Source: an uncultured Rhizobium sp.
GTDB lineage: Bacteria > Pseudomonadota > Alphaproteobacteria > ATCC43930 > CGMCC-115725
Direction: 5' to 3'
NCBI GenBank assembly: GCA_964392845.1
Contig: CAYMRQ010000002.1
Location: forward strand, 1-61,495
DNA: 61,495 nt
Of the stretch, positions 53,525-61,495 are shown piece after piece. The translations under genes were made by a program, and so were the position numbers. The notes under the pieces were generated by a model. That model was given only the letters and a program-made list of their open reading frames with translations. It did not search any database and was not told where the DNA came from. Numbering within the stretch: position 1 is the first letter of the stretch; the number at the start of each line of letters is the position of its first letter.

Positions 53525-53872
53525 CTAACGCCGCAGGGCGATGCCCTCGACAATCGGGCGGTCACGCGCATTTGCCGCCGCGCTGGCGCGGTCCGGCTTC
53601 AACAGGGGGCGAAGCTGGGCCTCGCCGCCATTCTGGTACCACCAATGGGCCGCAAGCCCGCCGCCAACACCGCCCGCGAGATAGGCAAAATCGGCGGGAA
53701 CGATGAGGTGCACGACGAGCGCGCCGGCGATGATTCCTGCACCGACGACCAGGGCCTGCTCTTTGGATATGCCGACCATGTCCCGGAACTGATCCTGATC
53801 CGAGAGGGCGAAGGCGAAATTCGGCGCGCACAGGCACCACGAGACAAGCACCGCAGCGGTCCACTTAGGCAT
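53525..53872 (-). CDS. Small glycine-zipper protein, GGxxxxWWY family (member 4)
   Basis: Signal MPKWTAAVLVSWCLCAPNFAFA, then VVGAGIIAGALVVH...LAGGVGGGLAAHWWYQNGG. Confidence 0.6.
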   Translation of the reverse strand: MPKWTAAVLVSWCLCAPNFAFALSDQDQFRDMVGISKEQALVVGAGIIAGALVVHLIVPADFAYLAGGVGGGLAAHWWYQNGGEAQLRPLLKPDRASAAANARDRPIVEGIALRR

Positions 53873-53925
53873 CGTGTTACCCTTGAAGATAATATTCTAC
53901 GGCCAGCGATGCCGCCCGCTGCGCG

Positions 53926-54228
53926 CTAAAACAGCAAATAGCCAACGCCGCCGCCGACCACGACGCCGACGAGCACGGGGGTGCTCGCCGCCGCTATCGC
54001 GCCCGCCACGCCGGTCGCCACCACCGGAACGGCGGCGCCAATCGCGCTGGCCGTGGCGGCCGCGGCGGAACTAACTGCCGCAGCGGTCGCATTGAGGCCG
54101 GTGGCGTAGACCGATCCGGCGAGACCGCCCAGCACCGCGCCGGCCGTGGCGGCTCCGGCCTGGGCATGCGCCGCTGTCGGGGCAATCAGAGCAAAAGCAA
54201 TCGCTGCGAGGAGGAGAAATTTCCGCAT
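53926..54228 (-). CDS. Small secreted Gly/Ala-rich (glycine-zipper-like) protein
   Basis: MRKFLLLAAIAFALIAPTAAHA signal. The body is almost entirely A/G/V/T and ends in VGVVVGGGVGYLLF. Confidence 0.55.
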   Translation of the reverse strand: MRKFLLLAAIAFALIAPTAAHAQAGAATAGAVLGGLAGSVYATGLNATAAAVSSAAAATASAIGAAVPVVATGVAGAIAAASTPVLVGVVVGGGVGYLLF

Positions 54229-54353
54229 GGCGCTCAAACCCTCGATCCGCGGACCGGCCGGACCCGCCGGACCGGCCAGAATACTGCATGTTATATCGAA
54301 TTTCCGCCGCCTGCCACCGCTTCGCGTCCGGCGGCGGGCGATGTTCACCGGGT

Positions 54354-54773
54354 TCAGGGCAGCGTGACGTTGTTGGTATCCGCCTGACCCGACAGGCGTG
54401 CCCGCACGTACGACCACGACACGCCGACGGCCAACAAATTGGCCAAATTCACCAGCGCGATCGTCGCCACGGTGCCTGAGCCGGCGATCCGGATCAGGCC
54501 GAGGTCGATCATCGTCCAGGTCACGACGGTGAAGAAGAGCAGCCACGCGGCAATTCCGAGCCGGCCAAGCGAGCGCTGGGTGGCCAAGCCGAATGTCGCG
54601 TAGAGGATGACGAGCAGGACCCCGATCAGCAGCTTCAGAATCCAATTGCCGATGTCCAGCTCGCTGACCCAATGATAGTAGGAATATCCGCTCGGATTGT
54701 AGGTCGCCAGGACCAGAAACATCGCGGCCAGCCAGCGCGTGACAAACCTCTGGATGCCAAACGACTCGAACAT
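54354..54773 (-). CDS. Four-TM membrane protein (DUF6524-like), paralog A
   Basis: FLVLATYNPSGYSYYHWV is shared with 56002-56439 (ALVFSTYNPTGYSVYHWI). Confidence 0.6.
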   Translation of the reverse strand: MFESFGIQRFVTRWLAAMFLVLATYNPSGYSYYHWVSELDIGNWILKLLIGVLLVILYATFGLATQRSLGRLGIAAWLLFFTVVTWTMIDLGLIRIAGSGTVATIALVNLANLLAVGVSWSYVRARLSGQADTNNVTLP

Positions 54774-54837
54774 CGATCAGAATACCCAGGCAGTGGAGCG
54801 GCGGTCGACGTTATCGCCGGCTCGGTCAGATCGAAAT

Positions 54838-55647
54838 TCAGGAGCGCTGCGCCAAAATCCCCACCCGTGATTGGGCCACGGTTTCGAGGAATTCGAGAAC
54901 CTGGTTCGCGGCCAGGCGGCTTTGCACCGCCCTGATCCAAGGTTCGGCAACCGCGGCCTCCGGGCCCGTCAGCTTGCCGAGCGCGGCCGCCGCCCCGGCC
55001 AGATCTCCGCTATCGAGATGGGTCTTCGCCTCCCACACGATCGTGGAGGCCGGCCGCGTATCGTGGAGCCAGTGCGCGAGTGCGTGCAGGCGCAGCGCCG
55101 CGGCCGCGGCAATGACGGCGCGGTCGAACCGGCTCGACTGCGTGCCGATGACATCGTTCAGCACGATCGCGTTGGCGAAAGTGACGAAGCTCGCCTGCAA
55201 CTCCGGCAAAACCGGCACCCCCTGATCGGCGTAGGCGCTGAGCATCTCAAGCGCCTGATTGACGTCCGGCTGGCGTGGCATCACGCCTCTGACCAGGGTC
55301 AGCTCATTCCTGAAAGGCTCGTTGCTCAGCAGAGCCGGACGCAGCTGCGCGACGCCAAGAATCATGAATTGCGCCGAGCCGGGATTGCCATAGATCGTCG
55401 GCGACCACTTTGGTCCGGTCATCGCCATAACCAGGCTAAGCACCGCGAGGATGAGCGCAGTACGCGTGAGGTCCCGCAACCCGGTTGCGGTGATGCCGGT
55501 AGTCGCCGGGCCGACGCCGGCACCGCCGGTCGCCGCCGCTGGATCGGTCGCGGCGGGGTTCGCGGAAGGATTGTCGGGCGGCATGGGTTCGCCGTCGCGG
55601 CGGACGCCGTTGGTCGTGCTGCCCGTTGGCTCCTGGTCAGATGTCAT
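54838..55647 (-). CDS. Membrane protein with a Pro/Ala-rich N-terminus and a mitofilin-like C-terminal segment
   Basis: TM ALILAVLSLVMAM. The C-terminus THLDSGDLAGAAAALGKLTGPEAAVAEPWIRAVQSRLAANQVLEFLE parallels the C-terminus of 43974-45215. Confidence 0.55.
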   Translation of the reverse strand: MTSDQEPTGSTTNGVRRDGEPMPPDNPSANPAATDPAAATGGAGVGPATTGITATGLRDLTRTALILAVLSLVMAMTGPKWSPTIYGNPGSAQFMILGVAQLRPALLSNEPFRNELTLVRGVMPRQPDVNQALEMLSAYADQGVPVLPELQASFVTFANAIVLNDVIGTQSSRFDRAVIAAAAALRLHALAHWLHDTRPASTIVWEAKTHLDSGDLAGAAAALGKLTGPEAAVAEPWIRAVQSRLAANQVLEFLETVAQSRVGILAQRS

Positions 55648-56001
55648 GATGCACCATCTTCCAATCAGATCGGCGTGTTCATCCTCATAGGTTGGATGGT
55701 CATGAGGTCCGTTATTGGGGGCGGACCGGCGCGGGGATACAAGCCTTTATGCGCCAAAAGGCGGTGGGTTCCAAGGGCGTTTCGTCGGGTAATGGCGGCC
55801 GATCCGGCGGCCGGCGACAGCCACTCCCGCGACTGGCCGCCTGTCCGTCGCGTCGCCGCCGCCCTCGCCGCGCGAGGGGTGACAGGGCTAGCGCCTTGCC
55901 TATAAGCTTTCTTCGACCGGGCGATCCTGTCGCCGATGCCCGGAGCCTGTGCGCCCCGGGGCTCCCTGGCCGATCGGCGACCATTTGAACTGGCTGTGGC
56001 G

Positions 56002-56439
56002 ATGGTGAATGAGCCTCTTCCGTGGAGCTTTTTTCTCGCCCGGTTCCTTTGCAGCCTTGCTCTTGTGTTCTCGACGTACAACCCGACCGGATACTCCGTT
56101 TACCATTGGATTACCGATTTCGGGACGGGTCTGCCATCGCTGAAAGTGATTGTCGCGCTCACTCTGGTGATGATTTATTACGCCATATTTCGCGTCGTCT
56201 TCGCGGCGTTCCAGCGATCCGGGTTGATCGTCGCCGGTCTCGCCATCGTTCTCTTTGGCAGTGAATTGGCGTCCGTGGTTGCCGCACCGCAGTCACCGCA
56301 CTCCTGGCATTTCTACCTGCTGGTAAGCCAATACGGCACCTTGTGTGCCGTCGCGATTGTCCTCGCGCTCGGTACCTCATGGTCGCACCTGATCGAGCGG
56401 CTGACCGGCCAGTTGCAGAAGCGCTATGTCCAACGCTGA
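56002..56439 (+). CDS. Four-TM membrane protein (DUF6524-like), paralog B
   Basis: Start fixed by alignment to paralog A. Hydrophobic segments are present throughout. Confidence 0.6.
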   Translation: MVNEPLPWSFFLARFLCSLALVFSTYNPTGYSVYHWITDFGTGLPSLKVIVALTLVMIYYAIFRVVFAAFQRSGLIVAGLAIVLFGSELASVVAAPQSPHSWHFYLLVSQYGTLCAVAIVLALGTSWSHLIERLTGQLQKRYVQR

Positions 56440-56494
56440 TGTGGAAGACGATGCCGGCCATCGCCTCGAGTCTCGGGCACCCGGCAGGAGAAAC

Positions 56495-56878
56495 ATGTCC
56501 GGCATCGAGATCCCGCTGCTCGTCGCGGTCGGGATCGGCGGTCGCCTGGAACTGACAGCGGAACAGATCAGGCTCGTCAAGGGCGGCGTCTTCGGGCACG
56601 CGGTCGAGCTGTTGTGGCTTGGTTACGGCGTCACCGAAAAGAGCATACCGGTCCGGGAGATTTCTGCCGTCGAGATCGTCAAACCGCTGTTGCTGCCGGA
56701 CTTCATTCGCTTTTCCTATCCCGGCAGCCCGCGGCAAACCGGCAACTACATCGATGATGCGCTGGCAGAAAATGCCCTGGTCATGAGCTGGTTCGATAAT
56801 CGCGTATTCTACCAGATAAAAGCCTGGATTGATCGCTGGCCGCACGTACCGCCGCTGCCGGTCGTTACCGACACGTGA
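56495..56878 (+). CDS. Small PH-like (bacterial PH / YokE-like) domain protein
   Basis: An AGGAGA RBS precedes the start. GGRLELTAEQIRLVKGG...EKSIPVREISAVEIVKP...IRFSYPG is the typical bPH-type pattern. Its stop overlaps the next start (GTGA). Confidence 0.5.
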   Translation: MSGIEIPLLVAVGIGGRLELTAEQIRLVKGGVFGHAVELLWLGYGVTEKSIPVREISAVEIVKPLLLPDFIRFSYPGSPRQTGNYIDDALAENALVMSWFDNRVFYQIKAWIDRWPHVPPLPVVTDT

Positions 56879-58098
56879 GGTCCTGCGTGAATATTCTGGC
56901 GGCACGCGCCGCGCGGCAATGGGCCCTCGCGGTCTGCGCGGCGCTCGCGGTCTCCGTGTCGTCAAGCCTCGCCTGGGCAGCGGCGGAGGACTTTGATACA
57001 AACACGGAACCGAGCCTCGCCAGCCGCCTTGGCGAGATCGCCGGATCGGTCTACGACACAGCGGAGAGCCGCCTCATCGCGCCCTCGCGGCAGGCGGCAG
57101 AGGAGTTTCTCGCTCACCCGCGGACCCAGGAGATTTACCAGGATCTGAGCGAAACGGCGCAGGGCCTCGCAGCGCTGGCCGACACCCATGTCCTCCAGCC
57201 GATTTCGCGCGAGTCGGCCGAACTCATCGGCCGGTCGGACGTGCGGCAGTCGTATGAGGCGGTCCACGCGATCGCGGGCGATCTCGCGGAAAAGCTGCGC
57301 CTTGGTGTTCTCGATCCCCTCACTGCCAAGCTGAAGCACGCCGCCGAACGCGCCATGGCGGCGCCGCCCGCCCCCAGTGCCGCCGCACCTCGCTTCGCCA
57401 TCGCCGCCGATCCGCTCGTGCCAGTATTGGCAATCCCCGGCCTGTCAGAAAGCGACATCCTGCGCAATCTGAACGACGATGATCCGCTCGAGCCTTTCAA
57501 TCGGGCGATGTTCCGGCTGAATGTAGGGCTGCAGACCAACGTCTTCGCACCGGTCAGCCAGCTTTATTTCGATCATACGCCGCCGGAGGTGCAGCTCGGC
57601 GTCGGGAATTTCTTCCGCAACTTGCGCGAGCCGGCAACCTTTGTCAGTAGCGCGCTCGAGGGTCAGTTGGATGATGCCGGCACCTCCGCCGCGCCCTTCG
57701 GCATCAACACGACGTTCGGCATTGCCGGCTTCCGCGACCCCGCGACGGAGCTGGGCTATACGGTAAGGCCGCGCAATCTCGAAGAGACTTTGTGCGCCTA
57801 CGAGCTGCCCTCGGGCCCCTATCTGGTGCTGCCGATTTACGGGCCGGCAACGCTGCGCGATGCCGCCGGCCGGATCGCTACCGTTGTCATGTATTTCGAA
57901 GTGATGGGCCTGTCGGTATATGTGCCTTATCGGGTCGCCGGCTTCATCGTTCAGCCTGGAATAGCCGAAGAAAAAAGGGATTTCTTCAATACGCTTTCGA
58001 ATGACCCCTATGCGGCACAGAGGGCGTTGTATCTGGCGATCAGCCAGCTGGACTGCGACCGCCAGACCGCACTCCATCGCCAGTTTTTTACACGGTGA
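56875..58098 (+). CDS. MlaA/VacJ family protein with a long N-terminal extension
   Basis: The hallmark DPLEPFNRAMFRLN and the downstream NLREPATFVSSALEG...TTFGIAGFRDPA...GPYLVLPIYGPATLRD are present. It has a signal peptide and a GTG start (exact start uncertain). Confidence 0.8.
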   Translation: MRSCVNILAARAARQWALAVCAALAVSVSSSLAWAAAEDFDTNTEPSLASRLGEIAGSVYDTAESRLIAPSRQAAEEFLAHPRTQEIYQDLSETAQGLAALADTHVLQPISRESAELIGRSDVRQSYEAVHAIAGDLAEKLRLGVLDPLTAKLKHAAERAMAAPPAPSAAAPRFAIAADPLVPVLAIPGLSESDILRNLNDDDPLEPFNRAMFRLNVGLQTNVFAPVSQLYFDHTPPEVQLGVGNFFRNLREPATFVSSALEGQLDDAGTSAAPFGINTTFGIAGFRDPATELGYTVRPRNLEETLCAYELPSGPYLVLPIYGPATLRDAAGRIATVVMYFEVMGLSVYVPYRVAGFIVQPGIAEEKRDFFNTLSNDPYAAQRALYLAISQLDCDRQTALHRQFFTR

Positions 58099-58161
58099 GG
58101 CACACACCGACACGCTGCCGGCGTGACGCGGCAAACCGGGCCGAAAGATGCCGCTCGCCGG

Positions 58162-58620
58162 TCAGATTTTCCGGAACCACTTTCGGGTGCCGAAGATCCG
58201 GCGCGTCCGCCGCCCGTTCCAGCCGCGCTCCTGGACCATCTGCTTGACGCGCTTTTTGATTTCGGGGACCGCAAGGCTGCCGTTGGTCAGCTTGGCGTAG
58301 ACGGCGACGACGTCGGCGAATTCCTTTTGGCCGATCTTGCCGCGCTTCACCACCTGCTCGAGCATGACCTCCACGTGATGCTCGGCCTGGCTGGTCAGCG
58401 CGATGTCGTGCTCGGCGGCGACGCTGAGCATGACCCCGGTCGCCTCGTCGAGCTCCATCCGGTAGCGCGTGATGCCTTCCTTGAGAACCTTCATCTCGTC
58501 TTCGCGGGTGATCAGGTTCCCGTTGATCGCGTGGATCCGCACAAAATCGGCAAATTGCTTCTTGTCCCGCCGCGCTTCGGGCTTGCGTCGATTCCCGCTC
58601 CCCTGGTCTTCAACCGACAT
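58162..58620 (-). CDS. Hypothetical cytoplasmic protein
   Basis: 152 aa from ATG 58620 with a charged, helical composition. No motif recognised. Confidence 0.45.
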   Translation of the reverse strand: MSVEDQGSGNRRKPEARRDKKQFADFVRIHAINGNLITREDEMKVLKEGITRYRMELDEATGVMLSVAAEHDIALTSQAEHHVEVMLEQVVKRGKIGQKEFADVVAVYAKLTNGSLAVPEIKKRVKQMVQERGWNGRRTRRIFGTRKWFRKI

Positions 58621-58821
58621 GATGTCGTATTCCAATCGACAATTTGCGCAGAGCCAATCCGAAGCCCTCGCCGGCAGCGACAAAGTGCAAGGCGCAAACC
58701 AGCGCAACCTCGCACGCTATCGTTAACCCCCAGTCTAATCGCGCTTCTTGGCGACGGAGATTATGAGTTTCAACCCGCAATAGCTAGCGAAACCCGCGGC
58801 GCCGGCCGATCGATCATTACG

Positions 58822-59958
58822 TCATGGCGCTCTTGTTGTGGGACCGCGCATCGGCGGCGCGTCGCCTTGCCAGTCATTTCTGCCGTGACGAGCCGGCTGC
58901 AATTCAGGTGCGGTTGCCGGCGCAGCCGCGATCGCCTCGCTCGGCGTGGCTGGGCTGAACCACGCGGTGATTACTTCGCCAACGCCGACCAGGAGCCGGT
59001 GGACTTCGCCAAACGCAACAACGAACACGCTGCCGACTGCCGCATACCAGGGGCGCTGGCTCTCCGCGGGGGTATCCTGAAGGAGGATTTGCGCAACCTT
59101 CTCCGACAACGTCACGTCGGCCGTCGCATTCACCACCGCGCCGAGCGAGGTGCAGGTCGTGTGATACGGGCGCCCCGACGAGAACCATCCCGGGTTGCCA
59201 AATTTGATCTGTCGCAGCACGTACGGCAGTCTGCCGCGCGACGCCCCGATGACGATATCCTCGGAAAAGAACGGGACCAGGTCGAGCGCATCGGCATCGA
59301 TCATGTCGAAGACAAGGCCGCCGGTGTACGGCGCCAGGACCAGGAACAACGCCGCATCGGTTTCGCCGGTAGTCACCCGGCCGAGCGCGCGGGCGCCGCC
59401 AAGGTGTTCGAGCCGGAGATTGGCAAGCGACCGGTCGATTCCCCGCAGGGTCGCGAAGGTCGCGGCAAGCTGCCCCGTCGCCGGCCCCACATCGAGCGAC
59501 GTCTGACGGTTGGTTCGCACCCTGACGAGATCGCCGTAGCTCTGGATCTGCGATCCCTTGCGCACCACCGCCATCAGGCAGACCGGGATATTGCCGTAGA
59601 ATTCGAAGCGGGTGTCGCTGTCAGCGTGGTCGCGCAAATACTGGATATAGCGGTCGCGCTGAACCAGTCCGATGCTGCGAGGATCTGCAGCAATTCGCTG
59701 CATGACCTCTCGATCGGTGTCAATGCTCGCCAGCGTAAACTTGAATTGCTCGGCAAGCGATTGAAGTAATGCCGATCCAAGATCGGCGCTGGAATATCCC
59801 TGCGGTGCATCGACATAAATCATGCCGCCATCCGCCTTTGCACGCGACGGCGAGCCAAGTGACAGGCCAATCACGGCGAGACATCCGCAAACGGCGACCA
59901 ACAGCGGGTTCAGCCCGACGCGAGTGGGTCCGCCCCGTATTCCTGCAGAGGCCGCCAT
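58822..59958 (-). CDS. Periplasmic solute-binding-like (TAXI/phosphonate-binding-like) protein
   Basis: A signal anchor is followed by an alternating alpha/beta pattern (IGLVQRDR...LMAVVRKGS...LDVGPATGQLAATF). The assignment is weak. Confidence 0.4.
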   Translation of the reverse strand: MAASAGIRGGPTRVGLNPLLVAVCGCLAVIGLSLGSPSRAKADGGMIYVDAPQGYSSADLGSALLQSLAEQFKFTLASIDTDREVMQRIAADPRSIGLVQRDRYIQYLRDHADSDTRFEFYGNIPVCLMAVVRKGSQIQSYGDLVRVRTNRQTSLDVGPATGQLAATFATLRGIDRSLANLRLEHLGGARALGRVTTGETDAALFLVLAPYTGGLVFDMIDADALDLVPFFSEDIVIGASRGRLPYVLRQIKFGNPGWFSSGRPYHTTCTSLGAVVNATADVTLSEKVAQILLQDTPAESQRPWYAAVGSVFVVAFGEVHRLLVGVGEVITAWFSPATPSEAIAAAPATAPELQPARHGRNDWQGDAPPMRGPTTRAP

Positions 59959-60042
59959 CCGATCCCCCCGCTATGTGGCGCGACTATACGAGTGATCGGC
60001 CGCTTTTGTCACCCGTCCCGCGGCGGGGGCCTGGCGGGGGCC

Positions 60043-60165
60043 TCAATGCGCCATCAGGACCGGCAAGGTCATGCTGTCGAGAACGGTTCGCGTGGCGCCG
60101 CCAAGCACCAGCTCGCGCACCCGCGAATGACCATAGGCGCCCATCACCAGGAGATCGGCGCCGAG
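60043..60165 (-). pseudogene. Universal stress protein (UspA family) C-terminal fragment
   Basis: ADLLVMGAYGHSRVRELVLGGATRTVLDSMTLPVLMAH* is the conserved Usp C-terminus (G-x2-G-x9-G-S/T region). Upstream in this frame the sequence is Arg-rich nonsense and overlaps the helicase gene. Confidence 0.7.
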
Positions 60166-61495
60166 CCCTCCGCCTCGACGGCCGACGCGACGGGCGGGTG
60201 CTCCGCCGCAACCGTCTGCACCTGCTGCGCCTCCAGGTCGGCCACGCGGCGCCAGATGGTCTCGGCACTCTCGATGTCCTGGCGCTCGCCGACGAGGCTC
60301 GCCGCGAGCGCGGTCGTGATGTCCATGCTGTCCGACATCGCCGCCAGCCCGTCCATGGAGAACCGACCTTCGATCGCCAGCGAGCTCTGGATCTTGGAGC
60401 CCAGAAGGCTCAGCGCCGTCGCGCCAACGGAATCTTCGTAGGCGAGGTAGACGACGCGGACTGGACGATCCGAGCCGATCCGGTGGCTGCGCCGCGAAGC
60501 CTGGCGGAGCGTGTAGGCCGACAGCGGGGCCTGGTAGAAGACGAGCGTGGGGAAGTCGAGGGCACCCGTGAGGTCCAGGCCGGTCTGGACGAGGCCGGGG
60601 TTGCCGACAACGATCTGTACGCCCTTGGCCACTTGGTGCCCGAGCCACTGCTCGCGGTGCTCCGGCGCGACGCTCGCGCGGAGCGTCTCGGCCTGGTACC
60701 CGCGCTCGGTGAGGATGCGCGCCAGGCGCCCGGCGACGTCATGGCGCTCCGTGTTGGTCACGAAGACGAACACGCGCCGAGACGCCGCGGCCTCCTCCGC
60801 GAGGATCTCCAGCAGCGCCCGGGCCTTGGCGTAGAGGTGATCGAGCGGCAGCGAGCGGGGCACCGCGATGATGGTGTCCTGAGACGGGTGCCGGATCGGC
60901 GAGAAGCCCGCGGGATGGTCGAGGTAGGCCAGGAGCGTCGTGATGTAGGAGCCCAGGAGTCCGCGGTAGCGCCGGTGGAGCGCGTGGACGACGGCGCCGC
61001 GAAGATCCTGCCGGAGCTCGTCGTAGGCCGCGCGAAGGGGCGGGTCCATCTCGACCGTCCGGACTTCCTCGGTGAGGGGCGGCAGCGCGACGGCGAGATC
61101 GGCGAGTTCGAGGAACGCGACCTGGTCGATCAGGTGACGCGCGAAGACCACAGGTGAGATGCCAGGCCGCTCGTAGTGATGGCGCTTCGTCTGCGCCGGC
61201 CCGGTCGTGCTCGCCGGCGTGGTGACGGTCACGCGCTCGTGGATGCCGTACCGGCGGATCCACTCGCTGGTGTTGCGGTAGCCGAGGCCCTCCCGCAGGA
61301 GCGACGGCATCGCGATGCGCGCGATGAGGAGGTGGATGTTCGAGGCGAGGCCCCCGGAGAGCGTTCCGGTCAGGATGAGCGTCCGGCGCGCGGCGGCCGC
61401 GAGCCGCCCGAAGGCCTGCCCCTGCGCGGTCGTCGCGCCCTTGAGCTCGTGCGCCTCGTCCGCGATGAAGAACGTGAACCAGCCCTTGAGGTGGC
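60144..61495 (-). CDS. DEAH-box / SNF2-like superfamily-2 helicase, 5'-partial (continues beyond the window)
   Basis: The frame stays open to the window edge. FFIADEAHELKG is motif II and LILTGTL is motif III. The C-terminal helicase domain shows VFVFVTNTERHDV...VVGNPGLVQTGLDL...LVFYQAPLSAYTLRQASRRSHRIGS (motifs IV-VI). Confidence 0.8.
   Translation of the reverse strand, partial: HLKGWFTFFIADEAHELKGATTAQGQAFGRLAAAARRTLILTGTLSGGLASNIHLLIARIAMPSLLREGLGYRNTSEWIRRYGIHERVTVTTPASTTGPAQTKRHHYERPGISPVVFARHLIDQVAFLELADLAVALPPLTEEVRTVEMDPPLRAAYDELRQDLRGAVVHALHRRYRGLLGSYITTLLAYLDHPAGFSPIRHPSQDTIIAVPRSLPLDHLYAKARALLEILAEEAAASRRVFVFVTNTERHDVAGRLARILTERGYQAETLRASVAPEHREQWLGHQVAKGVQIVVGNPGLVQTGLDLTGALDFPTLVFYQAPLSAYTLRQASRRSHRIGSDRPVRVVYLAYEDSVGATALSLLGSKIQSSLAIEGRFSMDGLAAMSDSMDITTALAASLVGERQDIESAETIWRRVADLEAQQVQTVAAEHPPVASAVEAEGSAPISW

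Noticed and set aside
58123-61157. Plus-strand ORFs of 548 aa (58123-59769) and 462 aa (59769-61157)
   Set aside because: Both are Arg/Asp/His-rich and antisense to better-supported minus-strand genes (58162-58620, 58822-59958, and the helicase at 60144-61495 with motifs II-VI).

Overview
This is a high-GC (roughly mid-60s %) chromosomal window. It looks alphaproteobacterial, probably Hyphomicrobiales: it carries at least six families of palindromic REP/MITE-like elements whose translations give the peptide strings common in that order (PGLRRDD, SFETRxxGAPQDE, PPLAGEG, IASEAKQS). That assignment is inference only. All domain calls come from motifs read in the supplied translations; no database search was run.

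Layout:
(1) 1-22 kb is mostly housekeeping or catabolic. It holds a class III nucleotidyl cyclase, an MFS transporter, four luciferase-like (LLM) oxidoreductases, cupins, a GST and an Ldh_2 dehydrogenase.
(2) This block is interrupted at 16.3-18.3 kb by a visibly lower-GC islet. The islet carries a tightly linked TIR-like (DUF1863/ThsB-like) gene and a caspase-like (peptidase C14) gene. This is the best candidate for a novel or recently described anti-phage signalling system (TIR plus caspase effector).
(3) A tRNA-Ser(UGA) lies at 22113-22202.
(4) 22.3-31.2 kb is an accessory cluster of uncharacterised secreted and membrane proteins arranged as two paralogous modules. Each module has a small glycine-zipper protein with a GGxxxxWWY motif, a Sel1-repeat protein and a ~460-aa membrane protein. 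An SPFH protein follows.
(5) 31.4-43.9 kb is an unusual heavy-metal-type RND cluster. It has two CusA/CzcA-like pumps lacking the canonical substrate motifs, only one adaptor (N-terminally extended), an OprB-type porin in place of an outer-membrane factor, a HupE/UreJ protein, a small His-rich periplasmic protein and an IS5-family transposase remnant.
(6) 44-60 kb is a second accessory block. It starts with a translationally coupled ParA-like ATPase and a Mic60/mitofilin-like protein. It continues with many intra-window paralog pairs (TPR proteins, DUF4239-like, DUF6524-like, glycine-zipper proteins, a second mitofilin-like C-terminal protein) plus PstS-like, PH-like and MlaA/VacJ-like genes.
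(7) At 60.0-61.5 kb a truncated usp gene abuts a DEAH/SNF2-type helicase gene that runs off the window. This is probably the edge of an inserted element.

Many long ORFs in the track are antisense or alternate-frame artefacts of the high GC content and were rejected.
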